64,000 bases of DNA from Leucoraja erinacea (Eukaryota): contig NC_073387.1 of the NCBI RefSeq assembly GCF_028641065.1, positions 35,836,001 to 35,900,000 of the forward strand. Direction: 5' to 3'. The position numbers and the translations under genes are program-made. The notes under the pieces were generated by a model that had not been told where the DNA came from, made no database searches, and saw only the letters and a program-made list of their open reading frames with translations. Positions 61,450 through 64,000 of the stretch are shown one piece after another (the stretch's first letter is position 1; each line of letters starts with the position of its first letter).

Positions 61450-62047
61450 TCAATCCATTCCCCAGAAATAGGTACACCCAAATTGGGATGTCAGTGAAAT
61501 CCTGACATACCTTAGGGGATGATCACCAGCCAGGTCACTCACCCTGGAACAGCCTACCCTGAAGATGGACATGCTGGTGGCCTTACCTCAACACAAAGAG
61601 CCAGTTCTCCCATCTACTGCGATTGGACAACATGGTTATAACACCAGATAGTGTCACATTCCCATTCAAGGGTTGGCCAAACAGAACAGACCAGGAACAT
61701 CAGGTCTAGTCATGAAATTCCGGGCATACCCACCTGAACCACGTTTTATGTGTCATGACCCACTTAGAGATCTACATCGACACAATAAGGAATACCGAGG
61801 GAGAGGAAAAAGCCTTATGGGTCAGCCAAAGGAAACCTCGGTTGGGTGACGAGCTAAACTATCTCTAGTGGCTCAAGCAGGTACTGGGAGTTGCTGGAGT
61901 AAATACTAACGTGTATAAAATCTTATTCCACCAGGACAGCTTCCACGTCAGTAACTAAGAGGATGGTCGAGCCTATGGACCACATCCTGGCGACTGCAGG
62001 GTGGTCTAGGGAGTATACGTTCCAAACTTTTATAACAAACCACTGAC
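61450..62047 (+). pseudogene. Frameshifted DIRS tyrosine recombinase
   Basis: Across frames: LRLDNMVIT...AKQNRPG...FRAYPPEPR..CVMTHLEIYID...WLKQVLGVAGVNTNVYK.YSTRTASTS...HILATAGWSREYTFQTFYNKP. The catalytic HxxR reads YSTR. Confidence 0.85.
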
Positions 62048-63034
62048 AGAACCTGTATCGTTTGCAGAAAAAGAATCTGCAAAAAATATATAATTTAAGC
62101 CCGGGGGAGCAATTGGTCTTGTTGTTGTTAATAACACCATTATTGTTTTTACAAACAGATTCATGGTTGATTACGATAACATACTTCCTCCCTCGAATGA
62201 CTTCGGCAGCGAGTGAAGTATGAACTGTTACACGGTTTGAAATCACAGAGCTTTGAAGTCTTCACGTAGTCACTCACGTGACTCCGAAGTAAAATAGTAA
62301 GATTAAACGAGAACTTACCAGTTTGAAGTTTGATCTGTATTTTATGAGGAGTTACGATGAGGGATTACGTGCCCTCCGCTCCCACCCTCAATAATATGGA
62401 TCAAACTGATAAACTGATGTCTCCTTGTCTTACTATGTTTATTTCAATAACTGTGTCTATCTGTGATTCCACACCGCTGCTTTGAAGTATGCCGCGCATG
62501 CGTGCTGAGCGGGTTCTTCACGTAATCCCTCATCGTAACTCCTCAGAAAATACAGATCAAACTTCAAACTGGTAAGTTCTCATTTAATCTTACTATTCTA
62601 AAGAACTTCAGTCACATGTACAAGGATACCTCTAACAATCTAGGATCCACCAAGTTTAAATTAGAAATAGAAAAGATGAATTCAGAAACAAGGTGAATTA
62701 TTCACCTTTAACAATGAGTTGGGCCGAATGGCCTGTTTCCGTGTTGTTCTCTATCTTAAAGAATTTCAAGATTAAAATTGGTGTTACTCATTATTTTACT
62801 ATGGTAGTAGCCTTGTTCTGTTTAGCGCTATGTATTAAGAAGTATTTTGTCTGAATGGCTAATATAAAATTCTTGCTAATTAAGCAACATTTTTGAAAAA
62901 TCCCTGTTGTTTACCATACTTGTCCCTATATATTTTGGTTCCACTAATTCAGCTGTGAGGATTAAATAATTGCTGCTAGGACTTTAATATTCCATACATG
63001 TGAACATACCACACATCCAGTCACCTGATTCATA

Positions 63035-63205
63035 AGGCCATGAATGATAGCAGCAGAATTAGGCCATTCGGTCCATCAAGTCTATACCATTCAATCATGC
63101 CTGATCCATCTTTCCCTCCGAACCCCATTCTCCTGTCTTCTCCTCATACACTTGACACCCGAACTAATTAAGAATCAATCTATATCTGCCTTAAAATTAT
63201 CTATT
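63035..63205 (-). mobile_element. CR1 3' UTR fragment
   Basis: gcagaattaggccattcgg...ccattcaatcatg...aaccccattctcctg motif. Confidence 0.7.
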
Positions 63206-64000
63206 GACTCCTCCCCTCTCTAAGCAACAGCCCCTTGCATCTTCCATACCTTTTATGGATAACTCATTTTCTGAAAATCTCTAAACTCAGTCAAAATAAG
63301 CAAAGTTTAGTAGAATTGAAATCATATTTCTTTTTTAATTTCATCAAACATCACTGCCTTTAGACTCTTCACTTCGAAGTCCCTGGACATGCTTTTTTAA
63401 ATTAACTTCATTGACATAAAGGCCATAATTCCAATCCGGTAGTGCAATGGATGGGGTTGCATGCACAAAATTATGATTTGTTTTGCGTGCTCAATTTTAT
63501 TATGTTCTTGTGTCCGTATTCTTCAATTTATGTTCGTGAAATTGAATTAACTGTAGGCGACCAGTGATTGTGACTGTAAGCATTCAGCAAGTATTTGCAT
63601 TCCCGGCTCCTGGTTTTGCACAAGAGGTAATGATATTTCCAGCTTCATTGTCCATGTAACAGAAAATCAATTTAGAAAGTTAATATTTAAACAAAGGCCT
63701 GGTGTAGAGAAGAAATACACAGGCTGAATTGATTGATAAATTTCAAAGCAAATTTTGGTACTTTCCCACTGATTAAGACTTCATACAGAACTCTTGGTTC
63801 CATTTCTATCCTATTGAAAGTTTGAGCTTGAGATCTGCCCAGCATTCTGTATGTAAAAAAAAATACATCCCTTGTATACCTACATTGGTTGCTGATTTGG
63901 CAAGACTGCTCTAGTTATGAATTGTTATTTCGGACTGTCAACGGATTTGCTGGCACCAAAGATAAACAAAAATAAACTTGCATTTATAAAGCTATTTTCA

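Larger units (their letters stand above)
58058..62597 (+). mobile_element. DIRS1-type tyrosine-recombinase retrotransposon with complete terminal architecture and decayed ORFs
   Basis: ITR 58085-58120 / 62489-62524. ICR 62259-62371 is complementary to both termini. ATT at both ends. Remnants of RT (FMVDIDLEDAYYSVP, about 60053), RNase H (NNITVVAY, THLSGELN), methyltransferase-like region (GTPDID, NLYVFL, AWFPVILDM) and YR (YSTR...ATAGWS...TFQTFYNKP). Confidence 0.95.

Overview
Eukaryotic, repeat-rich vertebrate DNA. Its repeat landscape (HE1/V-SINE-type tRNA SINEs, HER1-like CR1 LINEs, many Penelope-like elements, Rex1, DIRS) points to a cartilaginous fish, probably a skate or ray (inference). 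One host gene can be reconstructed by hand on the minus strand: a TRIM with RING, B-box1, B-box2 and coiled coil, and the typical 96/234/23-nt exon series. Its phase-consistent exon chain (33083-32511, 32379-32284, 24121-23888, 22993-22971, 18598-18462, 12695-12617, 9738-9677, 7918-7011; about 703 aa) does not end in PRY/SPRY. It ends in a ~300-aa exon containing 11-residue amphipathic repeats. A diverged copy of exon 6 and two more phase-compatible exon candidates lie further downstream (2325-79). The rest is transposon-derived: a DIRS1-type element with intact ITR/ICR termini but decayed ORFs, Penelope copies with hammerhead-like motifs and long TSDs, a 738-bp palindromic MITE, Harbinger-type MITEs, a composite CAGG-ended element with a 5-bp TSD, a solo LTR, a Helitron-like element with tandem arrays, and nested CR1s. 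There is one assembly gap (33559-33724). All calls were made by eye with no database searches, and repeat boundaries without a TSD are approximate.
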